A stretch of 64,000 nucleotides of DNA from the human T2T-CHM13v2.0 reference genome, Homo sapiens: the NCBI RefSeq assembly GCF_009914755.1, contig NC_060942.1; one strand, given 5' to 3'. Numbering within the stretch: the first letter of the stretch is position 1; each line of letters begins with the position of its first letter. Shown here piece by piece: positions 61,780-64,000 of the stretch. A program made the position numbers and the translations under genes. Under the pieces are notes generated by a model. It had not been told where the DNA came from. It was given only the letters and a program-made list of their open reading frames with translations, and did not search any database.

Positions 61780-62332
61780 GATTCTGGTGCTACCTTGTTT
61801 GACACCATCAGTGGATTCCCCATCTGAACTCTTGGATAAAGTTTAAACTCCTCACAAGGCATTCAGATGCACCAGGGCCTGGCCTCTGCCTGTCTCCAGC
61901 TTTGTCTCCAGGGTTTTCTCCCTTACACTTTACTCTCCAGCAAAGCTAAACTAAAAGGGTTTCCCTGTACATACTTCACTGTCTTTTTTTCCCTGTGCCT
62001 TGTTTCCATCTGTTACCTGCCTCTGGAATGCCCTTCCTTACATAGCCTCAGCCACACACACCTACTTGTGAGCTAGCCAAGTGTCATTCATCTTTTAAGA
62101 GCATCTCTAACATAACCTCCTGGGGAAGTGTGTTATTTGATGACCTCCTACACCAATCTCTTCCCCGCTTGCAGAGACCCAGTTAGTCTGTGCTTTCATG
62201 TTCCTATTCATCTTCATATTCTTGGTGCTTGGCATTGTAGGTATGAGTGATAATTGTAAGTTCTTGGGGTAGATGCGTGGGTGGATGGATAGATGGATGG
62301 ATACATGGAAGAGTGAATGAATGAATGAATAA
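61780..62332 (+). mobile_element. L2 3' end with (TGGA)n/(TGAA)n tail
   Basis: GCCTCTGGAATGCCCTTCC; terminal TGAATGAATGAATGAAT. Confidence 0.7.
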
Positions 62333-62962
62333 AGCCTTTATGTAATTGTAAAAACATGGTATTGCAGGAAATATTCCATATTGTAAGTACTTTTTGACTA
62401 AAACTTTATGCTATGGCTGGTCTGTTCCTTTCCTCTACCCTGCCTGGGTCTATTAGTAGTGATTCATTTCCAATCAATAATGATTCAATTTATCTGTAGA
62501 AGTCACTTAAGTAATTCAGTTATGTCTACCACATAAATAACACAAGTCTTGACCTGGCTGGCTGGCTCTCGTGGTGACATAATCTACTTAACCCAATTAC
62601 CAAATTGATCAAAGATCCCAAAACAGTTAATGAAGAAAAATAAGCCCTGATTTCTCTTTAAAAATAGATACTAAGAAAGCAATAGGAAAATCAGAGTAGT
62701 CTAGAAATTCTGTGTCATCATGAGAGCACCCAGAAAATAAATTTAACTCAAGTAGTGCCAATACATTTTGAAAAATATTTCAGAGTAGCAGATCAAGATT
62801 TACCAACTGACTTGATGATGAAAGATTTACACACTACCTTTTAAAATATTTGTCTCATTATTTTCTCTTTATATAAAATAAATGCAACTTTGTATTCATT
62901 CCCTCTAATTTAAACCAGTCTTTCCAGAGGACTTGAGGGCACTGATAATGTATGTAAGATGA

Positions 62963-63283
<321 letters not shown>

Positions 63284-63829
63284 GGTGGAGTTCTGAAAGC
63301 AGAATTCGCATGTTCTCTTTGGTAGGTAAGAATTGTGCCTTCATTTCCTGCAAGATAGGGCCAGTGACTATGTTCCCTCAACCCTTCTTGCTAAGAGAAT
63401 GTCAGTCAGCATCTGCAAGGACTCATGAGGCTGCAGCTGTTTTCCTGTTCTGGTATGAAATTATCCTAGCAGCAATTTTGCCAGATAAGCAGCCAAGGCC
63501 ACAAGAAGCACTTTTCCTTTGTCCATGTTAAAGTTTTGCATAAATGTTTTGTTTTCTTGCCTTTCCTGATGGGTTTAAATGGAATATCTCCATATTTCGT
63601 AGTCCATGCAGCTGGTGGCACTTGGGGGCCAGTGTTTGTGAGGCCTCCCCAGGTAGGTTTCATCACATAAATTGAGTGTGACTTATCTCTCAGCAAAGGT
63701 TGTGAAAAACCTTTGGAATCCCTGGGTCCAGATTCTTTACTCTTGAGGGTTGAACTCAAATCGTACTTCTGGAAGGGCTGAGAGAGGACAGCTGACAAGG
63801 GAGAGTGAAAGACAGAGAAGGGAACCAAC

Positions 63830-64000
63830 ATCTACTGAACATCTAGCATATGCTTAGTACTGGGATAGGTGTCTTAAAGATGTGATCTCATTTTAACTTC
63901 CCATCAACTCTTTGAGGAGATATTACTGGTCTCTGTTTTTCAAATTAGGAAATGGAAAAAGAGAGAAATTAAGGTGACACAGCCAGTAAATAGTAAATCA
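63830..64000 (-). mobile_element. MIR fragment, runs to window end
   Basis: ATCTCATTTTAACTTCCCATCAAC...GGTGACACAGCCAGTAAATAG. Confidence 0.55.

Overview
Primate, probably human-like, non-coding genomic DNA. It is AT-rich and dominated by interspersed repeats: about 25 Alu/FLAM copies, one full-length but inactivated L1PA (about 40376-46541), older L1M fragments, L2 and MIR, MaLR and ERV LTRs, a degraded ERVL provirus and several DNA-transposon MITEs. I recognise no host protein-coding exon, and the recognisable ORFs in the track are Alu- or L1-derived. The main unique-sequence landmark is a CpG-enriched promoter-like island at about 23.4-24.4 kb ending in a strong + strand splice donor, which suggests a spliced and probably non-coding transcript. 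The best structural observations are four. (1) The full-length L1 carries an approximately 167-bp 3' transduction inside a 17-bp target-site duplication (TSD). (2) A MADE1 MITE sits inside a 51-bp inverted duplication of its own flank. (3) An Alu insertion appears to have deleted part of a MIR. (4) An Alu tail has become (TGGAA)8. I found no evidence for a new multi-gene system. Repeat subfamily names come from recalled consensus sequences, and the boundaries of old repeats are approximate; both need RepeatMasker/Dfam confirmation.
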